From positions 128,001-192,000 of the forward strand of contig CAVYYZ010000002.1 in NCBI GenBank assembly GCA_963772835.1: a stretch of 64,000 nucleotides of DNA. Reading direction: 5' to 3'. A model generated the notes under the pieces. That model saw only the letters and a program-made list of their open reading frames with translations. It ran no database searches and was not told the origin of the DNA. This document shows, piece after piece, positions 54,376 to 64,000 of this stretch (within the stretch, counting starts at the first letter, position 1; the number at the start of each line of letters is the position of its first letter). This stretch comes from an uncultured delta proteobacterium. Lineage in GTDB: Bacteria; Desulfobacterota; Desulfuromonadia; Geobacterales; Pseudopelobacteraceae. The position numbers and the translations under genes are program-made.

Positions 54376-57300
54376 TTACATTTCCGCATCTTCATTCCTC
54401 TTTTCAAACCAGCTGTAGACCGATGGAATAATCAACAACGTAAGCAGCGTTGACGTTATCAATCCCCCGACAACAACTGTTGCCAGAGGTTTCTGGATCT
54501 CAGAACCGGTCCCGCTGGCAATCAGCATCGGAACCAGGCTGAAAATGGATATTGATGCAGTCATCAGCACCGGGCGCAACCTGTCGAGAGCTCCCTTTCT
54601 GATCGCTTCCGGTAATTCAAGCCCTTCGTCACGGAGTTGCGAGATGCGCGACACCAGCACAAGTCCGTTCAACACGGCAACACCGAACAGGACGATAAAG
54701 CCCACTGATGCAGGGACGGAGAGATATTGCCCTGATATATATAGAGCAAAAACACCGCCGATCAGCGCAAACGGCAGATTGGAAATTACCAGCAGCGCTA
54801 GGCTGATTGACCGGAACGAAACGTATAAGAGAAGCATTATCATGCCGATTGCAACAGGCCCAATAATCATCAACTTGTTCATCGCCCGCTGCTGGTTCTC
54901 GAATTGACCGCCCCAGGTTAGATAATAACCCGGGGGAAGTTTTACCTTCTCTTTGATCTTCTCCTTTGCCTCGGCAACAAAGCCGCCGATATCTCTGCCG
55001 GTTACATTCATCTCGATTCCGATTCTTCTGATGCCGTCCTGGCGGCTTATCTGAACCGGTCCTTCAATCATTTTTACTTCAGCTAACTGATCGAGCGGAA
55101 TGTTCATCCCCGTTTTTGTGGTGATAAGAATATTTTTGATGGTTTCCAGGGAATTTCTCTTTTCCTCCGGCAGGCGCACCGTTATGTCAAAGTTCCGGTT
55201 CTGTTCATAAAATTGAGAGGCCGATTTTCCGGCAACGGCAATTTCGATGACACTCTGGACATCGCTGATATTCAGGCCGTAGCGGGCAATTTTTGCCCGG
55301 TCGATGTTGACCGTTAGGTATGGCTGCCCGGAAACCTTTTCGGTATTTAAATCGGTTCCCCCCTTGACGGTAGAAAGAGCCTTGGCAATTTCAGCCGACT
55401 TGTCTCTCAGCACGTCGATATCTTCGCCAAACAGTTTGACAATCAATTGTGCCTTTGTCCCGGCGACAAGTTCATCAATCCGGCACTGAATCGGCTGGCT
55501 GAAGCCGAAAGAGATTCCCGCCACCGATTCGAGAGCCTTGCGCATCTCATTGGTAACCTCTTCTTTGGAAATGTCCCGTTTCCATTCGCTCTTCGGCTTG
55601 AATATCCCGACATAGCCGGTTTTATCCACCCCCCTGGTATCGAGCGCGACACCAGTTTGCCCGGTACGTGACACGACGATATCCAGTTCATCAAATTTTT
55701 TGAGCTTCTCTGCGGCAAGCTTGTTTACCTCCATCGCTTTCGCCATGGAGACACCGGGGAGCATGGAAACATCCATGTCGAACGACCCTTCATCCATGGT
55801 CGGGATAAATTCGGTTCCCAATCGTGTCACAAGAAACAGCGAGGCGACCAGGAACAGGCCGGCAATACTCAACACCACTCGCTTTTTGTTCATTGCATAT
55901 TCCAAAAGCGGCAGGTAGAGCCTGTGCGCATGCTTCATGATGAAGCTCTCTTGTTCCGGCTGCGGCTTCAGCAGGAGAGAGCAGAGAACTGGAATAATCA
56001 ATACCGAGATAAAGAGCGATGAAAGAAGCGCGATCGCAACGGTAATGGCGAGCGGTCCAAACATCTTACCTTCGATCCCTTCCAGAGAGATTATGGGAAG
56101 AAAGGTAATCGCAATTATCAATACCCCGAAAATGCTGGGCTTTTGCACCTCAATGACAGCTTTAAGCACCGCTAAAATTGGATTTTCATCCTTTTTCATT
56201 TCAGCAAAGTGCCGTTGAACATTTTCCACCGCAATTATTGTTGAATCCAGGATCATGCCGATGGAGATCGCGATACCGCCGAGTGACATCAGATTCGCGC
56301 TTAATCCGGCAATCTTCATGACAACAAATGTGACAAACAGTGACAGCGGCAAAGCGATCAGTACGACCAAGCTCCCTCTGATGCTTCTCAGCAATAAATA
56401 CAAAATGACGAGCACCAGAATAGCGCCTTCCAAAAGCGCCTTGTTTACCGTGTGTACGCTCGCGTTTATGATATCGCTTCTATCGTAATACGGAACCATC
56501 TTGATGCCGTCCGGCAGCATGTTGTTGCCATTTATTTCCCGCACTTTTTCATCCACCTGACGGACAACGTCACGGCTGTTTGCTCCGCGCAGCATCATAA
56601 CGATGCCGCCAACCGCCTCATCCTTGCCGTTCGTCATGGCGGCGCCCATCCGTACGGCTTCGCCGATTTTGACCTGCGCGACGTCACGCAGGTAGGTTGG
56701 TGTGCCTCCCTGGGATTTCAGGACGATATTATCTATATCGCTGAGATCCTTTATTAGTCCGACACCACGCACAATGTACTGGTCACTGCCCCGTTCGAGG
56801 ATATTGCCACCGACGTTTTGATTGTTGTTGCCGATGGCGGAATAGACATCGTCTACCGTTACGGCATATTTCAGCATCTTTTCCGGCGAGATAACAACCT
56901 GGTACTCCTTGAAGTAGCCGCCAAACGAATTGATTTCATTAACACCGGCTACGCCTTTCAACTGCGGGGTGATAATCCACTCCTGAATGGTGCGCAGGTT
57001 GGTCAGGTAAGCGATTTTCTGCTGCGGGTCAGTCGGAATCTTCCCTTCCAGGGTGTACTGATAAATCTCACCCATGGCGGTGCCGATCGGTCCCATGGCA
57101 ACTTCAACACCTTTAGGGACCTTCTCCCTCGCTTCCGCCAAGCGTTCAAATACAAGCTGGCGCGCAAAATAAATATCGACATTGTCCTTGAAAACAATGG
57201 TTACTATTGAAAGACCAAACTTTGTAACCGAACGCATCTGTTCAAGATCCGGCAATCCTCGCATTGCCATCTCAATCGGGTAGGTGACGTTCCTCTCAAT

Positions 57301-57480
57301 TTCAACCGCAGAGAGGCCATTTGCATGGCTTACAACCTCAACTTGAATATTTGTTACATCCGGAAAAGCGTCAATCGGTAATTTCAGATATGAATACGAT
57401 CCGAAAGCAATAATCAGCAGCGCAAGGAATATGACCATCCCTTTTTGCTTAATCGTATATGCAATTAGTTTTTCTAGCAT
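54376..57480 (-). CDS. czcA: CzcA/CusA heavy-metal RND efflux permease
   Basis: LPIDAFPDVTN, ANLMSLGG, GFIVLFGVAVLNG, RLRPVLMT, QKPLATVVVGG. Confidence 0.92.
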   Translation of the reverse strand: MLEKLIAYTIKQKGMVIFLALLIIAFGSYSYLKLPIDAFPDVTNIQVEVVSHANGLSAVEIERNVTYPIEMAMRGLPDLEQMRSVTKFGLSIVTIVFKDNVDIYFARQLVFERLAEAREKVPKGVEVAMGPIGTAMGEIYQYTLEGKIPTDPQQKIAYLTNLRTIQEWIITPQLKGVAGVNEINSFGGYFKEYQVVISPEKMLKYAVTVDDVYSAIGNNNQNVGGNILERGSDQYIVRGVGLIKDLSDIDNIVLKSQGGTPTYLRDVAQVKIGEAVRMGAAMTNGKDEAVGGIVMMLRGANSRDVVRQVDEKVREINGNNMLPDGIKMVPYYDRSDIINASVHTVNKALLEGAILVLVILYLLLRSIRGSLVVLIALPLSLFVTFVVMKIAGLSANLMSLGGIAISIGMILDSTIIAVENVQRHFAEMKKDENPILAVLKAVIEVQKPSIFGVLIIAITFLPIISLEGIEGKMFGPLAITVAIALLSSLFISVLIIPVLCSLLLKPQPEQESFIMKHAHRLYLPLLEYAMNKKRVVLSIAGLFLVASLFLVTRLGTEFIPTMDEGSFDMDVSMLPGVSMAKAMEVNKLAAEKLKKFDELDIVVSRTGQTGVALDTRGVDKTGYVGIFKPKSEWKRDISKEEVTNEMRKALESVAGISFGFSQPIQCRIDELVAGTKAQLIVKLFGEDIDVLRDKSAEIAKALSTVKGGTDLNTEKVSGQPYLTVNIDRAKIARYGLNISDVQSVIEIAVAGKSASQFYEQNRNFDITVRLPEEKRNSLETIKNILITTKTGMNIPLDQLAEVKMIEGPVQISRQDGIRRIGIEMNVTGRDIGGFVAEAKEKIKEKVKLPPGYYLTWGGQFENQQRAMNKLMIIGPVAIGMIMLLLYVSFRSISLALLVISNLPFALIGGVFALYISGQYLSVPASVGFIVLFGVAVLNGLVLVSRISQLRDEGLELPEAIRKGALDRLRPVLMTASISIFSLVPMLIASGTGSEIQKPLATVVVGGLITSTLLTLLIIPSVYSWFEKRNEDAEM

Positions 57481-57526
57481 TGGTGTGCGTCTCCTGTTAC
57501 TTCATCTTTTTTTGATGATGGTGTCA

Positions 57527-58759
57527 CTATCCCTCCAGTTCGCCCTTTTTAAGTTCCGACTTCAGAATGAACGCCCCCTTGATGGCATAACGTTCTCCTT
57601 CCTTAAGACCGGAAACAATCTCAACCATGCCGCCTGCAGTGCGACCCGGTTCCACTTTTCGTGGTACGAATTCATCTCCTTTGTCATCCACAACGAAGAT
57701 CACCTTATTGCCGTCAACATCCTGAAGGGCCTCTTCGGGAACTGACAGGACCGCTGCTGCGTCAGCCGGTAACGTCAGTTCAACTGTGGCAAACATCTCC
57801 GGCTTCAACTTCCGACCTGGATTAGCAACCGCGACACGTGCCTTGACCGTACGGGTGGCTTCGTCAACCAGGTCGGCAATGTAAGTGATGCGACCCTTCA
57901 GTTTCTGGTCGGGAAAGGCGCTAACGGAAACAATTGCCGCTTGCCCCTTGTGCACTTTGGCCAGATCTTTTTCATGAATGTCCACCAGCACCCAGACTGT
58001 GGAAAGATCGGCCACAGTGTAGAGGCTTTTGGAAGGGTCTGAGAGCTCACCGACTATTGCGTGTTTCTCGGTGATGATGCCAGCGATTGGTGAACGGACC
58101 GGCAAAAACGGCTTTTTATGGTCTTCACCTTTGAGGTCGGATGTTGAAATACCGTACAAGGACAAGCGTTCCTCATCGGTGTGCAGCTCCGTCTGCGCGG
58201 TCTTGAAATCGGTTTCGGCCTGGAGGATATCCTTGCGGGCCGCAATTTTTTTCTCCACCAGGTGCTTGATCCGATCCATGTTGGCCTGCGCCAGGGCAAG
58301 CTTGGTCCTTGACTGGTGGTAGCGGCCCAGGGCTTCCCCAAGCTCAACGCTGTCGAGGGTTGCCAAGGCTTGTCCGGCGGAAACGCTGTCACCGAGGGAG
58401 GCACTGACGGCAACGATCTTTCCAGAGATGCGCGGCGATACGTGGGCAGTGCGGTCGGCGTTTGCCTCCACCTTGCCGGTGGCGCTGATCACGCCGCCCA
58501 TACGCTGTTTTTTTGCCGGAGCGACAACCACTCCGTTCTGTTTCTGCACCTCGGAGGTCATCTTGACACTGCTTGGGCCCTTCTTATCCTCCTGTTCCTT
58601 GCCTTCATCCTTGCTGCCTGTTTTTTCAACCTTTATGTCGGCTTCCTTCTTTTCGGCAGGCTCTCCGCCGCTGCTTTTGAGGTTGATTGAACGATAGAAA
58701 AACCCGCCACCCACAGCTACTGCCAGAATAAGTCCTATAATGATTACTTTCTTGTTCAC
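57527..58759 (-). CDS. czcB: CzcB membrane fusion protein
   Basis: N-terminal TM segment, VRSPIAG, ADLSTVWV, TRTVKAR, LKPEMF. Confidence 0.88.
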   Translation of the reverse strand: MNKKVIIIGLILAVAVGGGFFYRSINLKSSGGEPAEKKEADIKVEKTGSKDEGKEQEDKKGPSSVKMTSEVQKQNGVVVAPAKKQRMGGVISATGKVEANADRTAHVSPRISGKIVAVSASLGDSVSAGQALATLDSVELGEALGRYHQSRTKLALAQANMDRIKHLVEKKIAARKDILQAETDFKTAQTELHTDEERLSLYGISTSDLKGEDHKKPFLPVRSPIAGIITEKHAIVGELSDPSKSLYTVADLSTVWVLVDIHEKDLAKVHKGQAAIVSVSAFPDQKLKGRITYIADLVDEATRTVKARVAVANPGRKLKPEMFATVELTLPADAAAVLSVPEEALQDVDGNKVIFVVDDKGDEFVPRKVEPGRTAGGMVEIVSGLKEGERYAIKGAFILKSELKKGELEG

Positions 58760-60042
58760 TGCATACCTCCGGTAAGATCGATTGCTGCTACTGTTTCAAG
58801 TTTAATAAACGCCACGTGTCTGCCGTACAAAGCTGACAGATAACCATCATTGACCTCAAAAAATTTCTTTTGCTCATCTATGACCGAAAGAATACCCACC
58901 TCACCTAGCCGGTAGGCTTCCTGGATCAGCTTCAGGTTCTCGGTCAGTTGCGGGATGATACCCTGTTCAAACAGGTCAAGGATGCGTTCCGACGATGAGA
59001 GGCGCGATATGGCTGCCTCAACCTCGGCGGTTATCGTTCGTTCCAGCGCCAATCGGCGTGAGTCAGCGGCATCCATACGAGCATGAGCAGCAGCCCGGCC
59101 GCCACTGTTGCGGTCAAAGACCGGAATCGGCATTGACAGGCGCAACCCCAGCTGTGTATCGCTGCTCGTTGATGACAAGCCTCCCACCTCAACGGAGCCT
59201 CGCTGCCATTGGGCAAAGAGCCCAGCCGTGAGATTGGGAAGAGCCTCAGCTTTAGCGAGGCGATTCTCTGTTTCTGCTTTGTCGCGTTCAAGTGCCAGGG
59301 CCATGAGATCAGGGCGTGAGGCCAAGGCATGCTTTATAAAATCTTGATTTTTTGGTGATGGTATCGGTGCGGAAAGCTTGTCGGACAAATTGATGTCGTT
59401 TTCTTTCAGACCGGTCAAAGAGGCGATTTTTATGCGCAGCGAGATTCGCTCCCGCTCAATTTCAAGCAAACGATTTCCGGCACGGGCCAGTTCAACCTTT
59501 GCAAGGTTGAGTTCCAACTCGGGTATGTCGTCAGCCTTGAAACGCTCACCCGTAATCTTTACCAGCTCCTGATTAAGTGCAACCTGTCCTGCCGCCAGTT
59601 CTCTGCGTTTTTCAGCCAGAGCCAGATCAAGAGCCAGTGTGGCAACTTCATCTTTCAGCAGTCGCGCGGTGTTGTCCCGCTGCCGTTGCATCGCTTCGGC
59701 CTCACGCTGTGCCGCCTCGCGTCGCAGGCGCAGTTTGCCGTTCAGAGTGAATTCCTGATTTACGCCAATTGAAACGGAACGTTCTTCGGGGCTGCCGGTC
59801 AGAGTCCCGGTGACCCCTTGAAGTTCCAGGGTTGGGTTGCTGATCGTACCGGCCTGAATAGCCAGCGATTGTTTTGCAGCTGCTTCCTTTTCCAAAGCAG
59901 CCAGTTCGGCATTATGTTTCAGGGCCAACACAACTATTTCATTGATGCTGCGGGGAACCGGTTCGGCCAGTGCCGGCAGGCAGACAAGTGCCTGTAGAAA
60001 CAGAGCGGGAATGATTCCGCGCGCCAGTGTTGAACGTGTCAC
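58756..60042 (-). CDS. czcC: CzcC/TolC outer membrane efflux protein
   Basis: Signal peptide, NPTL, RPDL, PIPVFDRN, AYRLGE. Confidence 0.88.
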   Translation of the reverse strand: MTRSTLARGIIPALFLQALVCLPALAEPVPRSINEIVVLALKHNAELAALEKEAAAKQSLAIQAGTISNPTLELQGVTGTLTGSPEERSVSIGVNQEFTLNGKLRLRREAAQREAEAMQRQRDNTARLLKDEVATLALDLALAEKRRELAAGQVALNQELVKITGERFKADDIPELELNLAKVELARAGNRLLEIERERISLRIKIASLTGLKENDINLSDKLSAPIPSPKNQDFIKHALASRPDLMALALERDKAETENRLAKAEALPNLTAGLFAQWQRGSVEVGGLSSTSSDTQLGLRLSMPIPVFDRNSGGRAAAHARMDAADSRRLALERTITAEVEAAISRLSSSERILDLFEQGIIPQLTENLKLIQEAYRLGEVGILSVIDEQKKFFEVNDGYLSALYGRHVAFIKLETVAAIDLTGGMQ

Positions 60043-60140
60043 AGATGAACCTCCAGATTGATTAATATGCTACGGCAGGCGCGAATAGACACATACCGTA
60101 CGGGATGCGTTACTTTTGAATTATTGCGGGAGACGGGTGG

Positions 60141-60509
60141 TTAAACGGTGACTGAGTCGGGTGGAACGAAGAGGGAAAGATAGACCGCGGGTAAAAAATT
60201 GAATGAGGCAAACGTGTTCAAGTCCAGAATGATGGGGTTATAGCTAATCTGAAACGGCTGGATGGCCAGTGACGCATGACACACACAGTTCACACATTTG
60301 TCACACCCATCGTAATCGTTGTGCTGTTCGAGAGGGGCACACGGGCACTCGTGAGCCGCGGATATTTCAGGATTTGATGCCAGGCCGCGTGCTGCCGTCA
60401 CATCAGTTTGCATGGCATGCGCACATTCATGTGCACCATTTACCATGACAGTCAGCATGACCATGAGGAGAAGACGGGAAAAATATTTCAGGGATGTCTG
60501 TTTACGCAT
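60141..60509 (-). CDS. CzcI/DUF2946-like small Cys/His-rich protein upstream of czcC
   Basis: Hydrophobic N-terminal segment, HECAH, HECPC, CDKCVNCVCH, C-terminal FVPP. Confidence 0.65.
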   Translation of the reverse strand: MRKQTSLKYFSRLLLMVMLTVMVNGAHECAHAMQTDVTAARGLASNPEISAAHECPCAPLEQHNDYDGCDKCVNCVCHASLAIQPFQISYNPIILDLNTFASFNFLPAVYLSLFVPPDSVTV

Positions 60510-60643
60510 ATATTTCAGATAATGTCTGACTCTACTCATACTGTCAAGAATCTTATTGAGGATTAAGTAGAGCATGCCATTCGGAAACCAGCGCTTTGAG
60601 AACACTATTCACTATTTCGCATACATAGTAGAAGTTGTTTTTC

Positions 60644-60697
60644 TATTGACAATTACACGGCATATTATATACAAAACCCGTTCTTGTCTTACCATTT
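60644..60697 (+). promoter_or_regulatory. Promoter plus GntR/FadR-like operator, copy 2
   Basis: TATTGACAATTACACG...AAAACC...TTCTTGTCTTACCATTT; near-duplicate of 40407-40461. Confidence 0.6.
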
Positions 60698-60854
60698 TTT
60701 TGCACGCAGAGCAGAATTATCAACCTCTTGCCTGCGCCGCATTTTTTAAACACCGGGACACCAAGGAAAATCCATTGAAGAAGCACAACTTCATTCCCTA
60801 CCTTACCAGAAAGATATATTTTTTCCCGGTGTCCCGGCATGTAGTTACCTTTGA

Positions 60855-61772
60855 ATGAAAACAGATTATTCCGTGATTACGAGTAAATCTCGCGGCATCC
60901 TGTTGATATTGCTCGCAGCAATTCTCTGGGGCACAACCGGCACTTCGCAGGCATTGGCACCACCCGGCGCGCACCCTTTGACAATCGGTGCCCTGCGCCT
61001 TGCTGTCGGCGGAGGGGCTCTGTTTCTGCTGGCCCTGTCACGCGGACAGATCAACTGGGACTGTTTTCGCCAACCGGGTGTCACGTTCCTGGCGGCGGTT
61101 CTGGTTGCAACATATCAACTGACGTTTTTTGAGGCGGTGCAGACAACCGGTGTCGCCCTCGGCACGATGGTGGCGATCGGCAGCGGGCCCCTCTTTGCGG
61201 GACTGCTTTCCTATCTCGTACACAAAGAGCGCCCAGACCGCCGCTGGGTGATAGCGACTGCATTAGCGATTGCCGGATTATTGCTGCTTTTCATTCCCGC
61301 ACCCGGTAGCATACTGCAGGTACGGACAACAGGCGTACTGTTGGCACTCTCTGCCGGCGCTTCCTATGCTGGATACACGCTCGCCATCAAACGTCTGCTG
61401 CCGGGCAACTCATCAGACGCCGTCATTGCTGTTGTGTTCACACTCGGGGGAATTCTGCTTGCGCCGTTTCTGTTTTAACTCAGACCTTCGCTGGGCAATT
61501 GAAACAGACGGCCTGCTTGTTGTTCTGCATCTGGGACTGGTCGCCACTGCAATGGCATATCTGCTTTTTGCCCGCGGGCTCCGTACGGTTCCAGCAGTTC
61601 ACGCAGTGACCTTGTCACTGGCAGAACCTCTGACAGCAGCCACTCTCGGGATTCTTGTCCTCAAAGAGCATCCGACGATGACGTCAGCAAGCGGCATGGG
61701 ATTGGTTTGTCCGGATTGGTGGTACTGGGGAAACCTCGTTCCGGATACGTAAAAAAACTAACCGTTTCCTGA
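60855..61772 (+). pseudogene. EamA/DMT transporter with two homopolymer frameshifts
   Basis: LWGTTGTSQ...LLAPFLF*; removing one T at about 61475 gives FNSDLRW..TLSLAEPL; adding one T at about 61707 gives GLVLSGLVVL to TGA 61772. Confidence 0.75.
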
Positions 61773-61884
61773 TCATTCGAATCATCCGGATTGTCATTTT
61801 CGGCAGATTAGCGTATGGTTTCGCATCATTTTCATATAACTGGACGCACTGTCGCAGATTTACAGTATTCAATGAGGAGCCCGC

Positions 61885-62760
61885 ATGTTTTTCCAGCAAC
61901 TTATTAACGGCATCGCCCTGGGCAGCACCTACGCGCTGATTGCATTGGGTTATACCATGGTATACGGCATCATCACCCTGATCAACTTTGCCCATGGCGA
62001 AATCTATATGGTCGGAGCGTTTGTCGGCCTGTACGCCACTTCAATCCTCAAAGTGAATTTTTTTGTTGCCATGCTTATTGCCATGCTGGTCTGCGTACTG
62101 CTCGGAGTCCTGGTAGAGCGGATCGCGTACCGTCCTCTCCGCAAGTCTTCACGATTATCGGCTCTCATTTCTGCAATTGGTGTGTCGATCTTCCTTTCGA
62201 CTCTTGCACAGATGCTCTTCGGGGCCAATGCCAAGGGATACCCGGAAGGCGTCTTTCCGGTCAAACAGATTCACATCGGCTCAGCTGAGATTTCCACACT
62301 CCAACTCCTCATTATCGCGATATCAGCCACTTTAATGATCGCCCTTGAGTTTATTGTCCACAAAACAAAGATCGGCAAAGCAATGCGTGCGACTTCAGAG
62401 GATTACAACACCGCCGCCCTGATGGGTATTAATGTCAACATGGTAATATCCTTCACATTTGCGCTCGGCTCAGCTCTGGCCGCTGCTGGAGGGGTTCTTG
62501 TCGGACTGCTCTATAATGCGGTGTCTTTTAATATGGGGCTGATGGCCGGTCTGAAGGCATTTGCAGCCGCAGTGCTTGGAGGAATCGGCTCCATACCGGG
62601 CGCCATGCTTGGAGGCTTGCTGCTGGGGGTGACCGAGGTAGCGGGTGTGGCAATCGGTTTTTCATCTTATCGGGATGCGATCGCTTTTGCCATTCTGGTT
62701 CTGGTGCTGTTGGTAAAACCGACCGGGTTACTCGGGCGAAAAATTCAAAAGAAAGTGTAA
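61885..62760 (+). CDS. livH: Branched-chain amino acid ABC permease LivH
   Basis: GSTYALIALGYTMVYG, INFAHGE, KAFAAAVLGGIG. Confidence 0.93.
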   Translation: MFFQQLINGIALGSTYALIALGYTMVYGIITLINFAHGEIYMVGAFVGLYATSILKVNFFVAMLIAMLVCVLLGVLVERIAYRPLRKSSRLSALISAIGVSIFLSTLAQMLFGANAKGYPEGVFPVKQIHIGSAEISTLQLLIIAISATLMIALEFIVHKTKIGKAMRATSEDYNTAALMGINVNMVISFTFALGSALAAAGGVLVGLLYNAVSFNMGLMAGLKAFAAAVLGGIGSIPGAMLGGLLLGVTEVAGVAIGFSSYRDAIAFAILVLVLLVKPTGLLGRKIQKKV

Positions 62761-62782
62761 ACATTGGAGCCGGAGTTATTAT

Positions 62783-63736
62783 ATGGGTGATTATTTACAT
62801 ATGCTGTTGGGGAACCTAAATCCTTATTATCTGCAGATCATTGTCAATATCGGAATCGGCATAATACTGGCTCTCGGACTGAATGTCGTTACAGGACTGA
62901 CCGGCCAGCTTTCTCTGGGCCACGCCGCATTTATGAGTATCGGGGCTTTCACCAGCGCCGTGCTTACTATTAAGTTCAGTATGCCGTTCAGTGTCAATCT
63001 GATTCTTACCGGGTTTCTGACTGCAGGCGTTGCCGCCCTGATCGGGCTTCCCATTTTGCGCCTGACAGGAGATTATCTGGCAATCTGCACACTTGGTTTT
63101 GCCGAGATTGTAAAGGTTGTTTTCTTGAATCTCGATATCACCAACAGGGCCCTCGGATTATCGGTTCCCGCTCCGAACACGACCATTCCGATGCCGATTG
63201 TTGTCTGGACTGTTGTTGTACTGACGATCATCTGTGTCTCCTTTATTCACAGTTCGCGCTTCGGCAGGGCGCTTATGGCTGTTAGAGGCGACGAAATTGC
63301 AGCTGAAGCGATGGGAATCAACGTAACGCTTTACAAAGTCCAGTCATTCGCTGTCGGAGCTTTTATAGCCGGTGTCGGCGGGGGGCTCTACGCTCATTTC
63401 ATGGGCTACATTAACCCCTCTGATTTTGGTTTCCTTAAATCTGTCGACATCCTCAGCATGGTTGTCCTTGGGGGGCTGGGGAGCATTACCGGCAGTGTTA
63501 TCGGTGCGACCATACTGTCAGCCGCACCGGAATTTTTACGCTTTATGGCCTCATACCGCATGCTGGTCTACGGCGGCCTGCTGGTCAGTATGATGATCTT
63601 CCGTCCCAATGGTTTGATGGGCGGAATAAGTTTCACCGGGCTGATACTGCGCGCTCTGGGACGTAAACCCCACCTTAAAACGCGTATGGAACAAAAATCA
63701 ACTGAGACACTGAGATCCGGCAATGGCGATACTTGA
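62783..63736 (+). CDS. livM: Branched-chain amino acid ABC permease LivM
   Basis: GLNVVTGLTGQLSLGH; LRLTGDYLAI. Confidence 0.92.
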   Translation: MGDYLHMLLGNLNPYYLQIIVNIGIGIILALGLNVVTGLTGQLSLGHAAFMSIGAFTSAVLTIKFSMPFSVNLILTGFLTAGVAALIGLPILRLTGDYLAICTLGFAEIVKVVFLNLDITNRALGLSVPAPNTTIPMPIVVWTVVVLTIICVSFIHSSRFGRALMAVRGDEIAAEAMGINVTLYKVQSFAVGAFIAGVGGGLYAHFMGYINPSDFGFLKSVDILSMVVLGGLGSITGSVIGATILSAAPEFLRFMASYRMLVYGGLLVSMMIFRPNGLMGGISFTGLILRALGRKPHLKTRMEQKSTETLRSGNGDT

Positions 63737-64000
63737 ACTAAAAAATGTAACTATCCGCTTTGGCGGTCTTGTGGCCGTCAACGATGTTAATCTTACGGTA
63801 GAAGCGGGGACTATTCAGGCTTTAATCGGCCCGAACGGTGCAGGGAAAAGCACGCTCTTCAACCTGATAACCGGCATCTATACACCTACCAGCGGGTCAA
63901 TATCTTTCAAAGGGCAATCTGTCAGCGGGACGCCGACCTTCAGGATAGCAGCTGCAGGCATTGGCCGTACTTTTCAGAATATCAGACTGTTCACCGACCT
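63723..64000 (+). CDS. livG: Branched-chain amino acid ABC ATP-binding protein LivG (partial, runs off the window)
   Basis: Manual translation MAILELKNVTIRFGGLVAV...GPNGAGKSTLFN...GRTFQNIRLF. Confidence 0.9.
   Translation, partial: MAILELKNVTIRFGGLVAVNDVNLTVEAGTIQALIGPNGAGKSTLFNLITGIYTPTSGSISFKGQSVSGTPTFRIAAAGIGRTFQNIRLFTD

Larger units (their letters stand above)
45640..60600. mobile_element. Putative accessory heavy-metal/R-M genomic island (no integrase seen; boundaries approximate)
   Basis: Separates livK from livHMG; mostly opposite strand; truncated gene at the left edge; frameshifted genes. Confidence 0.55.

Noticed and set aside
45661..60610. ACACTGTTC (45661) / ACACTATTC (60602) as a target-site duplication of the island
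   Set aside because: Only 8 of 9 bases match in AT-rich sequence and no recombinase is present; could be chance

Overview
Bacterial chromosome window, most likely Geobacteraceae/Desulfuromonadota (inferred from r-protein sequences, the map-rpmJ junction without infA, and a Geobacter-type porin). It has four blocks. (1) 1-19.7 kb: an expanded leucine/isovalerate (liu) catabolic operon on the - strand, a divergent Liv-type ABC transporter with an embedded acyl-CoA synthetase, a USP and a LiuR-like MerR regulator with matching operator boxes. (2) 19.9-39.0 kb: the contiguous str-S10-spc-alpha ribosomal protein supercluster, preceded by an unexplained structured intergenic segment. (3) 39.4-45.6 kb and 60.9-64 kb: amino-acid uptake genes (EamA, polar amino-acid ABC, porin, livK ... 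livH-livM-livG) that share a duplicated promoter/operator. (4) About 45.65-60.6 kb: a heavy-metal island that separates livK from livHMG. It carries SAM methyltransferases, ArsR, a frameshifted P1B ATPase, CadR, a His-tailed EamA, a PII-like protein and czcI-CBA. Nested in it is an MmeI-family (Type IIL) restriction-modification gene. The most unusual signal is that this R-M gene contains three separate GC-rich palindromic REP-like elements inserted in frame and translated as extra peptide. No tRNA, rRNA, CRISPR array, integrase or transposase was seen.
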